Below the pieces are notes generated by a model. The model searched no databases. It was not told the origin of the DNA and saw nothing but the letters and a program-made list of their open reading frames with translations. From a virus: a DNA stretch of 64,000 nucleotides. The DNA lies in IMG/VR virus record IMGVR_UViG_3300018080_000002, positions 32,001-96,000 of that record, one strand, 5' to 3'. Of this stretch, positions 34,926 through 43,618 are shown one piece after another. Each line of letters begins with the position of its first letter. Position 1 is the stretch's first letter. A program made the translations under genes and the position numbers.

Positions 34926-35206
34926 GTATCATCGTTCGGATATTCGATTCTAACGCATCCTGCGTTGCCCATACCGAAGTCGTTTAGAGGTTCATCTCCA
35001 TGAAATTCACCGATGATGTACCCTTCATAGTAAAGTATGTCGTCGTCGTCATACATGCGAAAATAAGATCCTTTTTTGATCTCATCTGGCTTTGCTGTAG
35101 AATCTCTCGGACCCTGCATCCCAACAGCATTACAATTACATGGTGGTTCCAGAGTCTTATCTGCGATATGATCTTTTGTGATGATCCAATCGTATTTTGA
35201 TTTCAT
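34922..35206 (-). CDS. Hypothetical phage protein
   Basis: FRMYDDDD.LYYEG...PL.DFG..NAGC..IEY. Confidence 0.65.
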   Translation of the reverse strand: MKSKYDWIITKDHIADKTLEPPCNCNAVGMQGPRDSTAKPDEIKKGSYFRMYDDDDILYYEGYIIGEFHGDEPLNDFGMGNAGCVRIEYPNDDT

Positions 35207-35464
35207 TTATCTCTCCTTTTTTTCGTTAAAAATAATGGTTATAAAGGTCAGCATGTGTTTCCATCCAAATCCTTCCATTTGATATCGGTCCTTGGCATCG
35301 CATTTTTTACATATACGACCCCAAAAATCTTTACCGTTAACCGTTTTTACTGCTCGTTGAGACCCCTCCGTAGGTCGCCATTGCTGGCATTCAACGCATT
35401 TGATCTTGCTTGTATGGGCTGAGATTAGCTTTTCAATTTGTTGCTCATATGAATCTGTCATCAT
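35207..35464 (-). CDS. Zn-finger hypothetical protein
   Basis: CVEC...CKKC. Confidence 0.55.
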   Translation of the reverse strand: MMTDSYEQQIEKLISAHTSKIKCVECQQWRPTEGSQRAVKTVNGKDFWGRICKKCDAKDRYQMEGFGWKHMLTFITIIFNEKKER

Positions 35465-36063
35465 TCCCTCCCGCGAAAGCTTTGAGCAGGTTTATCACCA
35501 TAGTCAACGCCTGAGTTGCCTGATACCGTCAGAAAAAGAACATCGTATTTTTCGCTGTATTCAACTTTTTTAACGGTCATTTTATCTTCGTAAATAGTAT
35601 TGATCGTGATATCAACACCGTCATCTTCGCATCGAGCAGATCGCGGATAAACAGTGTGAGAAATATCAAAATCAATTTTAACATCGATTATATCGCCGAC
35701 TTTGATGTCTGGTCTATTGTCGTATGTTGACCATTCGTCAATTTCGATTCCTGAGATTTCATATTCGTACTCAGGAGCCTCCGCTGGTTCCCACCAGCTA
35801 CCCGATGATCCTGGTGTTGATCCGACTATTTCATGATCAGTTACTCCGACATTATAGTCTCTTAAATCATGTATGATTTTGTTATCCCAGTTGAGTAAGA
35901 GATAACTTTCCAAATCGGATATTTCTGGGTAAATATCTTGATAATCTTTCGCCAGTTTTTTTAACTTCGACCGTGTCATTGGCTCTGAGCCAAGTGTTTC
36001 GCTGGCTTTGATTTCGGATCGAAATTTGTCCAGAGCCTCTTGTTTAAGATTTGAGTTTTTCAT
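35461..36063 (-). CDS. Hypothetical protein
   Basis: GGGAG RBS; 200-aa acidic ORF. Confidence 0.65.
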   Translation of the reverse strand: MKNSNLKQEALDKFRSEIKASETLGSEPMTRSKLKKLAKDYQDIYPEISDLESYLLLNWDNKIIHDLRDYNVGVTDHEIVGSTPGSSGSWWEPAEAPEYEYEISGIEIDEWSTYDNRPDIKVGDIIDVKIDFDISHTVYPRSARCEDDGVDITINTIYEDKMTVKKVEYSEKYDVLFLTVSGNSGVDYGDKPAQSFRGRE

Positions 36064-36102
36064 GAAGTTTCTCCCTTTTTGTTTTTAACGGTTTTTGCTG
36101 GT

Positions 36103-36549
36103 TTATTTAGATTTGGCTATTTCGATTTCACGCCAGATCAGACAATGTGATTGTCTCTGGCTGGTGTATTTGTCTTTGAGTTTCTGATAGCGTTTTTCTT
36201 CGTCTTTGAGTACTTCATCGCAGATACCTTTGTAAGAGATGCTTTTTTTGCCGAGTAATTCTTTGATTTTGAAATCTTCGATCTCTTCACCAGTGATCAA
36301 GCGTTTTAAGATGTTCATCTCGAAATCGGCTTTGTCGTTGAGCATTTCATGCAATTCGTTTTGGATTTTGCTTAATTTGAGTTCGAGTTTGTCGATGCCA
36401 GCTTGAGCCTTAAGTTTGGCTATTTTGGCTTCGATGTTAGCTTCCATTTTTGCTCGCTCGGTATTCAGATCTGCGATAGTGTCTACGAAAGCTTGGTACT
36501 TGTTAGTTTCTTGAAATTTGTCGACTTTTTTAACGTTTGATTTTTTCAT
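36103..36549 (-). CDS. Coiled-coil hypothetical protein
   Basis: AGGAG RBS; heptad-rich. Confidence 0.65.
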   Translation of the reverse strand: MKKSNVKKVDKFQETNKYQAFVDTIADLNTERAKMEANIEAKIAKLKAQAGIDKLELKLSKIQNELHEMLNDKADFEMNILKRLITGEEIEDFKIKELLGKKSISYKGICDEVLKDEEKRYQKLKDKYTSQRQSHCLIWREIEIAKSK

Positions 36550-36617
36550 ACTTTGGCTCCTAGTTTGATGTGAATATTAAAAATTTCTTTAAAACCGTCC
36601 ATGGTTTAAAGTAGTTT

Positions 36618-37595
36618 CTATGGTTTTATGGGCTTTATGGGTTCAGGAAATATTCCAGCATTGGGGTCTAACTCATCAAGAAATACCTTCACTTTTTTCC
36701 CCTTCCTGGTGGTTTTCAATATGGCATGGCCGATCTCTCTTTCGAGTTTAGCCATCCGGTTGAAAGCTTCAGGGTTGGTTTTTCGGACGGTATTCCAGTA
36801 TCCTGCTCCACCTTTGGGACAGCCAACGCAGTTGTTGTTGCAGAACGAGTTATAATTTTCTGGAAGATCAATTCCCAGGCTCTTGAGTATCCAGAAACAA
36901 TTTGCTTTGGATAAGCCATTTTCAATTAGTGGAGTCTCGACTTTTCGGTCTGGATTTCGTGCTTGGAAGTCCTGGCATCTTTTACATTCTGAGTTGTCGT
37001 ATCCGAATATCTCTTTTTTGACGTTCGGGATGAGTGAAAAAATGAGGTCATTAACCTCTCGTTTTAATATTCTTGTGCAGGGACAGCCTTTAGGCGATTT
37101 GATGAATCGCACTTTTTTGATCACTTCCCAGTGATCATTAAATCCCTGCTCGTTTTTCACTGTATCGATAACGACTTTTTTTCCTGCAATTCTTGAGTAC
37201 AGTTTTTGACACTGTTGCATGAATCGAAGGTTGTCTGGCTTTGACGCTGTTCCTGGGTCTATGCAGAGTATTTTTACGTTGTCTGCGCCATATTTTTCTA
37301 TGGCAAGCTTGCAAGCGACTGCGGAGGTTGCGCCAGCAGAGAACCATGCTATGACTGTGGATGTAGTAATAGCAATGAGCAAGTTTTTCAGTTTTTGAAC
37401 TGATACTCCAAGGATTTTTGCGAATTGACGCAATCGATTCAATGGCGGTCTTTTTATCCAGCCAGTTTCGATCTGGCCGATAGTAGATGCAGAGATTCGA
37501 TCGTTCTCATCCATTTTTTCGCTGAACTCTTTTCGTGAAAGATTTAGTTTTTCCCTTTTCTCTCGAATAAATTGCCCTAATTTTGTGGTTTTCAT
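36618..37595 (-). CDS. XRE-type HTH fused to a PAPS-reductase/PP-loop family domain
   Basis: N-terminal LGQFIREKREKLNLSRKEF..IGQIETG; then WFSAGATSAVA, CTRILK, TPLIE..LSK.NC, NNNCVGCPKGG.GYW. Confidence 0.75.
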   Translation of the reverse strand: MKTTKLGQFIREKREKLNLSRKEFSEKMDENDRISASTIGQIETGWIKRPPLNRLRQFAKILGVSVQKLKNLLIAITTSTVIAWFSAGATSAVACKLAIEKYGADNVKILCIDPGTASKPDNLRFMQQCQKLYSRIAGKKVVIDTVKNEQGFNDHWEVIKKVRFIKSPKGCPCTRILKREVNDLIFSLIPNVKKEIFGYDNSECKRCQDFQARNPDRKVETPLIENGLSKANCFWILKSLGIDLPENYNSFCNNNCVGCPKGGAGYWNTVRKTNPEAFNRMAKLEREIGHAILKTTRKGKKVKVFLDELDPNAGIFPEPIKPIKP

Positions 37596-37610
37596 ATCCC
37601 TCTCCTATAT

Positions 37611-37658
37611 TTGCGTTTCGTTTTAAAACTCATCAGTGGTCGAAATGACCAGACGCGA
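37611..37658 (-). ncRNA. Type III hammerhead ribozyme; predicted cleavage after GUC, between nt 37652 and 37651
   Basis: Minus strand reads UCGCGUC^UGGUC-AUUUC-GACCA-CUGAUGA-GUU-UUAA-AAC-GAA-ACGCAA, giving a complete catalytic core and stems I-III. Confidence 0.85.
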
Positions 37659-38029
37659 CAGAGTTTTAAAGACTCTGAAAACTCTCTGTCCCTGACATCA
37701 CATTTCAAATGGAATAAAGACGCTGTTCTGAAGTACCTATCGTCAAATCTGACTAGGATCTGACGCTGGCTTACCAGTCTCAAGGTGTGATAGGACTGAC
37801 GATGATCGACTAACCATTTGCCCGTAAGGCTGGCCTCGGTTATCACCGTGGGTGTTTTAAGCCCAAATGATTGAATCCTTATGTCCGGTTGTTCAGGATC
37901 GGATTCGTTGGGGTGTCGGCAAGTTAGACCATCCTTGTAACCCCTGGGGATCGTGCATCATCCCCCCGTCATGTGATCTCAAACCGCTGATCGTACTACC
38001 CTTATTTACTCACCCTCACTGGCTTTCTT
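37659..38029 (-). ncRNA. Candidate large structured RNA/leader upstream of the hammerhead
   Basis: GC-richer stretch with many hairpins on the minus strand (GGGGA/UCCCC, GAAUCC/GGAUUC, CGGU-GAUA-ACCG, CUGG-UAAG-CCAG, CGUCAGAUC/GAUUUGACG). Confidence 0.45.
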
Positions 38030-38077
38030 ACTAACGATCGTTAGTTCTAACGAACGTTAGTAATAACGATCGGCATT
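38030..38077. promoter_or_regulatory. Three tandem 16-bp palindromic operator-like sites
   Basis: ACTAACGATCGTTAGT, TCTAACGAACGTTAGT, AATAACGATCGGCATT at the divergent-transcription point. Confidence 0.6.
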
Positions 38078-38231
38078 TTTTTTAAAAACTTTAGTTTTCT
38101 TAAAATATTTTTAAAGTTGTTGTAATTATGGGGAAAATTTGGGGTGAATTTGGGGAATTTTTTCTGAGGCCAAATTTTTGCGGTCAGTTTTTGTGATATA
38201 ATTGAGGAAAGAATTATCACAGGAGGGATGT

Positions 38232-38711
38232 ATGAGGTTGATATCTTTACTAATTTTATCAATTAGTACCCATTTTATAGTCCCCTCTGAAATATTTGGC
38301 TATGATTTCAATAAGGTAGAGTATATTCGGAATTACGATGGCGATACGCTCAAAGTCAATATCAAGGGGATTCATCCCTTGTTGGGTCGAAATATCAGCA
38401 TTAGACTGGCTGATATCGATACAGCAGAGATCGGGGGATCTAAAAAATGTGAGCAGGAAATGGCGAAATTAGCGCAATCCTGCGTTGAAAATCTCATCAT
38501 AGGGTCTGATAGGGTTGATATCAAAAACGCGCAGAGAGGCAAGTATTTCCGCGTTGTGGCCGATGTTTATCTTGAGGGGTTTCATCTCAATACTTTGCTG
38601 CTGAAATTGGGGTTAGCGGTCCACTATAGCGGGGGGAAAAGACCGGATGTAGACTGGTGTGAAATGTTGGTCAAGGCGAAGCGGAATCGAGCACTCAATC
38701 GGTGTTTATAG
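38232..38711 (+). CDS. Thermonuclease (SNase) family protein with signal peptide
   Basis: YDGDT, IRLADIDTAE, GKYFRVVADV, GLAV.Y.GG. Confidence 0.85.
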   Translation: MRLISLLILSISTHFIVPSEIFGYDFNKVEYIRNYDGDTLKVNIKGIHPLLGRNISIRLADIDTAEIGGSKKCEQEMAKLAQSCVENLIIGSDRVDIKNAQRGKYFRVVADVYLEGFHLNTLLLKLGLAVHYSGGKRPDVDWCEMLVKAKRNRALNRCL

Positions 38712-38714
38712 CAC

Positions 38715-38975
38715 ATGCAGGAGGAATCGTTTTGTCGGTTGGTTTATGCCAGCGAGTCGATCAAAGCGTTTTTTTATATCTCTGGTGTGCGGAGAGTGAT
38801 ACCGAGAACTCAGGGTGTCAAAACCCGCCAGCGATTTCGTTTTTACCCCAAAAAACGCCTCATGACAGAGTACCGATTTTTCAAAAAGCGCAGAAAACAG
38901 TCTTACATGGGTCTGATTGAGATAGACGAGAGAGTTTTCGATTATGAGATTGAAGAGGATGATGACGATGAGTAG
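38715..38975 (+). CDS. Hypothetical protein
   Basis: ORF directly following SNase. Confidence 0.4.
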   Translation: MQEESFCRLVYASESIKAFFYISGVRRVIPRTQGVKTRQRFRFYPKKRLMTEYRFFKKRRKQSYMGLIEIDERVFDYEIEEDDDDE

Positions 38976-39035
38976 GATTCTTTTTTGGCTCTTTACGGGA
39001 TACTTTCGAGATCTTTATTAGCTCTGAAAAAGAAA

Positions 39036-39175
39036 CCAAAAAATCGCTCCAGCCATCCAAAAAATCGCGCAACCAACAAAAACATATAAAGAAAAAATTC
39101 AGAAAATCGCGGAACCAAAAAATTCCAACAAATATTTCCATTTACCCCCCAAACAAAAAGTCGCGCAACCAAAAA
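39036..39175. repeat. Four imperfect direct repeats AAA(A/G)TCGCG(C/G)AACCA in an A/C-rich non-coding tract
   Basis: Copies near 39040 (degenerate), 39061, 39103 and 39157. Confidence 0.6.
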
Positions 39176-39355
39176 CAAAATACAACCGTTACGTAAAATG
39201 GATACAAACCACAAACCCTTCAATTAAACCCTAATCTACTGTAACATAAGAGTTGAAGAGGAATAACTTACTAAGATACAGTAACAAGTAGATGTTACTA
39301 TGTCAGCATTACGCAAATGGAAGAAACAGTATGACTACACAGATAAGAGCTTAAT

Positions 39356-40372
39356 ATGACGGATGATATCAAAAAAAGGATCTTCCCAGATGGTAAGAGG
39401 AATAGGAAGAAATTAGAGGATAAACAGGACGCTTATGCGAAAATACTGGAGGAACAGCATGAACGAGTGAAGGAGATGAGGCGAAATAAAAAGATTATTA
39501 AGGGTGCTGAGATTGAGGATTCTTTGAAGCGTAATAAGGCTCATCACTCTAAGAAAAAGCAGTCATCGAAAAAGCAAACGATGTTTGATTATGGCATTCG
39601 ACCTTCAAAGCTAGAGAAATTGAAATGTTTCCCAGAGGTCGTTAGCCTTATAAAAACGGGATATCCTGCAACTGCGATCGCAAAATATATCCGTGAGGAG
39701 AGGAAAGAGTATACTGATGTTTCATTTGATGCTGTATATAAAGCGGTTCGCACATTCATTCATAAGATGCCTCCTGGAGAGGTGATTCGAGAGCGATTGC
39801 CTGGTTATTACAACACGGTTATGAACTCTATCGAAGATCAGATTGATGGAGTGAAAGCCTTGAGCGACTTGTTTCACATTCAATTTGATAGGTTGATGAT
39901 CGATTATCAGAATGAGAAAAAGGTTAATAAGCTGATTGATAGCAATACCAAAAACGTCCAGGCTGCTACAGATATAGCTTATAAACTGGAGGAGGTTCGT
40001 TATCGATTAGTTGGTCATCATGCGCGATATGGTGTTAAAGTAGAGTCAGATAAGCCATCTACAGAGGATCAATTGAGGGATATTCGTGGTAAGATTTCTC
40101 AGAAATATGGTACTCGAATGGCTAATATTGCGTCTGATCCTATCCGCAGGAGAAAGCTCTTAAATATTTTTGAGAGGATCACGAATATCGGAGAGGATAG
40201 GTTTTTAGAGGTTATTAGTAAGTATAATGAGGATGATATTGAAACGATTGATGTAACGAATACATCTCAGGAGAACACAGATGACGAACGAACAGAGATC
40301 GTTGAAGGAAGTGGAGACAGCAACGGAGAGAACTCAGCAGAAAATGGAGGAGCTGAAACCGAGGCTACATAG
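39356..40372 (+). CDS. Hypothetical helical protein (terminase small subunit candidate)
   Basis: HTH-like segment (LIKTGYPATAIAKYI), coiled coil and acidic tail; the assignment is weak. Confidence 0.45.
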   Translation: MTDDIKKRIFPDGKRNRKKLEDKQDAYAKILEEQHERVKEMRRNKKIIKGAEIEDSLKRNKAHHSKKKQSSKKQTMFDYGIRPSKLEKLKCFPEVVSLIKTGYPATAIAKYIREERKEYTDVSFDAVYKAVRTFIHKMPPGEVIRERLPGYYNTVMNSIEDQIDGVKALSDLFHIQFDRLMIDYQNEKKVNKLIDSNTKNVQAATDIAYKLEEVRYRLVGHHARYGVKVESDKPSTEDQLRDIRGKISQKYGTRMANIASDPIRRRKLLNIFERITNIGEDRFLEVISKYNEDDIETIDVTNTSQENTDDERTEIVEGSGDSNGENSAENGGAETEAT

Positions 40373-40625
40373 ATATTTCAAATTAATTGACGGTTTCAGT
40401 CATAATCCGTTGTTGAGATATGGACGAAATGACCCTTGTATATGTGGCAGTAATAAAAAGTTTAAGAAATGTTGTTTGCCAAAATTACCAAGGGGTGTCC
40501 CATCTCCGATTGCAGATGATATGAAAAATAAGAGTGTTGGTACTCAAGCGGCTATCCTGTTAGAATATATAAAAGAGCAACAAAAACATAAGGATAGCAA
40601 TAATGAGGACATCAAAGAGCAATGA
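40281..40625 (+). CDS. SEC-C motif protein
   Basis: GRNDPCICGSNKKFKKCC. Confidence 0.75.
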   Translation: MTNEQRSLKEVETATERTQQKMEELKPRLHRYFKLIDGFSHNPLLRYGRNDPCICGSNKKFKKCCLPKLPRGVPSPIADDMKNKSVGTQAAILLEYIKEQQKHKDSNNEDIKEQ

Positions 40626-40857
40626 TGATAAGCTATTCGTTATACGCCACTGGGACATTGATCACGATGATTCGTCGGTGGTTGCTAGAGGGTATCTCGC
40701 TGATGATGAGAGCCGTACAATCCGCATAGTAGAAATTCCTGTCATTTCGTTTCGTGTTGTTTGTAATCATAAAATTGCTAGTGCTGGTAGTCAGTTAGTG
40801 ACTCGATTGCGTTCTGGCCACTTCAAGCTTTATGATATGAATAAGGTGGAGGGCTAG
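40603..40857 (+). CDS. Hypothetical protein
   Basis: Packed ORF. Confidence 0.45.
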   Translation: MRTSKSNDDKLFVIRHWDIDHDDSSVVARGYLADDESRTIRIVEIPVISFRVVCNHKIASAGSQLVTRLRSGHFKLYDMNKVEG

Positions 40858-41009
40858 TTAGCCTTTGCGGCTGTTTATAGGCTTTTTTGTTCATGTATAG
40901 AAAACTGTCGTTCTTCATTTTTTGTTTGGGGGGATGCTGGTGATTGTGTTCTAGGGACGGAAAGCGAGTATCGGCATTCCTATTTAATTTTTTTATGAAG
41001 GGGGGAGCG

Positions 41010-41348
41010 ATGGATATATTATCAAATTCTGCTGAACTTACGGCTATTCTTGTTTTGTCTCTTGGATTGATAAAAATCATTGAAATGCTGGTTAAAAAGA
41101 TTGGCAAAAAGGATAGTGCTCTACTTTCCGATGAACGTACATGGTTAAGAAACACCAATGAGATATTATCGAAGACCGATTCTAGCGGTGTTCCGTTGGT
41201 CTATGTTCCGCGTAGCTGTTCAGAATCTCAGGACAGACTGTTAGAGAAAATGTCTGCTATATCTTCGTCGCAGGAAAAAATTTGCTACATTCTTGAGAAT
41301 GTTGTTAAGCATTTAGAGAATATTGAGCTGTTAAAAAATAAACAGTAG
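41010..41348 (+). CDS. Membrane protein with coiled coil (holin-like)
   Basis: GGAG RBS; single N-terminal TM helix. Confidence 0.5.
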   Translation: MDILSNSAELTAILVLSLGLIKIIEMLVKKIGKKDSALLSDERTWLRNTNEILSKTDSSGVPLVYVPRSCSESQDRLLEKMSAISSSQEKICYILENVVKHLENIELLKNKQ

Positions 41349-41451
41349 TAGACCAGGAAAATGTAAGTTGATAAAACTTATGAGTTGACTATAATAATGT
41401 TATTATGTTCAGGAATGATGTTTGTTTTTTTTTGTTACGAGGTAATGGCGT

Positions 41452-41913
41452 ATGGATCAGAAAGATTATTTGAAGTTTCACAAGGATTTTACCTCCAGAA
41501 TGTATCAGATAGTCGAGTCTGATTCTAGGGGTAGTGAGAACGGAGATCCTTTTACTGACTTTATGTTCGTAGAGGATATCGGTGTTTGTTCAGCTCTTTA
41601 TGGGTATCTGATAAATAAGTCGGATCGCTTTAGAAAGATCGTAAAATACCTTAAAAGAGGGGTCGATAAGTTTCCGATGGAGGCGATTGAAGAGACCTTG
41701 CTCGAAGAGGCGAATTACAACGTGCTTTTGGCAGCTTATTTAAAGGATATGCGGACTAAAAAGAGCGGCGAAGAGGAAAAAAAAAGACGTAGTGACGATA
41801 CTGGTAATAGTAAAGAGGATTCTCGCTTACCTCCGTCCGAAAGGCGGGATTCAGAATCCGAGAACGTATCGGAGTCTGTCGATAAGTTAGGTCGAGAGTC
41901 GATTATATACTAA
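41452..41913 (+). CDS. DUF1599/nucleotide-modification-associated domain-like protein (degenerate)
   Basis: DPF.DF..VE..G...G.LI..SD...E.IEETL.E.ANY.VLL. Confidence 0.5.
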   Translation: MDQKDYLKFHKDFTSRMYQIVESDSRGSENGDPFTDFMFVEDIGVCSALYGYLINKSDRFRKIVKYLKRGVDKFPMEAIEETLLEEANYNVLLAAYLKDMRTKKSGEEEKKRRSDDTGNSKEDSRLPPSERRDSESENVSESVDKLGRESIIY

Positions 41914-41947
41914 CATTGGAAAAACTCTTTTCAGATATTATAGGTGT

Positions 41948-41980
41948 GGTCACAGTGATGAGTTGCTGTGACCTTTTTTT
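41948..41980 (+). terminator. Intrinsic terminator
   Basis: GGTCACAGTGA/TTGCTGTGACC + T7. Confidence 0.65.
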
Positions 41981-42329
41981 GTGCAATAAGATCGTGACAT
42001 TTTTATGTCGAGGTAAAAGCTGCTCACCCCTTTAGAGGCAAGTAGAGTCGAATTGACGAGAGTTTTTGAAATGATTGAGATTATTTTTTTAGGTGAAAAA
42101 ATAAGGTCTGAGTCGATGTTGAGTAAAGTTTGCACGTAGATGATTATTTTGTAGGCAAGATAGACTGCAAAATCGATAAAAACAGGCCAAAAAGACCCTA
42201 TTTTGACGTTTGTATGTAAGATTGAATTGCTGAGTTTCCCCTGGAGACAAGGTGATCACACTAACTGTAATTATTGAAATTTGATGTTTTGTCAAATGAT
42301 CAGGTTTGTATGTATGTGATGAGTTAAAC

Positions 42330-42575
42330 ATGAGTAAAAAACGGCGGTATGACTACAGAACGTTGTCTGATGAAGAGATCAAGACACTAAAACATGCTCG
42401 ATGGAAACGTTGTCCTTTCTGTGGCGATAAGGTCGAGGTGTTTGAGAATTATCCCTATTCAAAGGTTTTCCAGGACGCATGGCTTAGATGTTTAGGGTGC
42501 GACATCTCTGTAGGTCCGTATTCAAAGAGAATAGCTTTAAAGGCAAGATGGAATATGAGGGTAGACGATGATTAG
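42330..42575 (+). CDS. Lar-like restriction-alleviation Zn-finger protein
   Basis: CPFCG...CLGC...WN.R pattern. Confidence 0.6.
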   Translation: MSKKRRYDYRTLSDEEIKTLKHARWKRCPFCGDKVEVFENYPYSKVFQDAWLRCLGCDISVGPYSKRIALKARWNMRVDDD

Positions 42576-42710
42576 TAAACTGTGGTGGAATATCAAGTAT
42601 TGGTTCAAGTGTGTTTTTGTAATTCCTGATGATAACTCAGAGGTGATGAGGAAATCAGGTGAAGCTATGGAATTTCTGAAAAGCCTTGAGGCTAAAGAGA
42701 GGGGTAAATC

Positions 42711-43607
42711 ATGAAATTGATGTTAGCTATTTTGTTTTTGGTGATATCCTGTAGTCATCAGAGCGAAGGGATGTTGACTGATCCGGCAGAGTTTGTGCCA
42801 ACACCGCCAGGAGATTTTGGCAGTTTTTATCTATCAGGTCCAGATCTGCATGGGATTCGCGGCGGTCGGTTCGATGTGGATAAGTGTTGTCCGAAGTGCA
42901 AAAAATGCAAAGACGATGAATTGAAAGAGGAGTTGAAAGAGGCTGAAGAGGAGATCAAACGCCTTGAGGACATGCTTGAGAAAAATGATGAGTTTCTGCG
43001 AAAGGCCGAAAAAGACTTAGAGGATGCGGAGGAGGATCTGGAAAAGGCTGAAAAAGATCTGGAGAAATGCCAGGACAAAGAGGAATGTCCTAAGTGTAAG
43101 AAATGCGAAAAGTGCGAAAAGTGCGAAAAGTGCGAAAAGTGTAAAGAGTGTGAGAAATGTGAAGAGTGTCCTCCAGAGAAAGAATGTCCTGATAAGGACT
43201 CGGATAAGGATGATGATAAGAACATCCCCCCACCAGAGGAGACTGCTGATGGAGCATTGAAAGATCTCTTTGAAGAGATGAATAAGATCAGATCGAAATA
43301 TGGAGCGGGACCATTGGTTTTAAATCCCAGGCTAAATTGTGCGGCAAAAAAACATAGTGAGGATATTGGCAGAACGAGGCGTTGCTCTCATACAGGTTCC
43401 GATGGTTCGAGTCCTTGGAAACGGGCTGAGAGATGTGGGATCAAAGCATATGGTGAGATAGTAGCGTGTGGTCAAGGGACTCCGAAAGCTGCGATAGATG
43501 CTTGGTTTAAGAGTTCTGGCCATAGAAATCTAATGCTCAATAAGAAATTTAAAAAGGTCGGGGTTGGTATGAAAAACAATTACTGGACTGCGATCTTTGC
43601 ATATTAA
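42711..43607 (+). CDS. CAP (SCP) domain lipoprotein with coiled coil and CEK repeats
   Basis: Lipobox LVISC; N.IR..G..PL..LNCAAKKHS.D..SHTGSDGS..GEIVA.GQ..W.KS.GH..ML. Confidence 0.85.
   Translation: MKLMLAILFLVISCSHQSEGMLTDPAEFVPTPPGDFGSFYLSGPDLHGIRGGRFDVDKCCPKCKKCKDDELKEELKEAEEEIKRLEDMLEKNDEFLRKAEKDLEDAEEDLEKAEKDLEKCQDKEECPKCKKCEKCEKCEKCEKCKECEKCEECPPEKECPDKDSDKDDDKNIPPPEETADGALKDLFEEMNKIRSKYGAGPLVLNPRLNCAAKKHSEDIGRTRRCSHTGSDGSSPWKRAERCGIKAYGEIVACGQGTPKAAIDAWFKSSGHRNLMLNKKFKKVGVGMKNNYWTAIFAY
43092..43170 (+). repeat. 9-bp tandem repeat (AAGTGCGAA) encoding (KCE)n
   Basis: Protein reads CPKCKKCEKCEKCEKCEKCKECEKCEEC. Confidence 0.7.
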
Positions 43608-43618
43608 GGGGGTGAGTT

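Noticed and set aside
37592-37846. 84-aa minus-strand ORF
   Set aside because: It overlaps the hammerhead and the hairpin-rich region, has a GTG start with no evident RBS and no recognisable motif
41948-41980. TGATGAG as a second hammerhead core
   Set aside because: No CUGAUGA/GAAA three-way junction; it is the loop of a simple terminator hairpin
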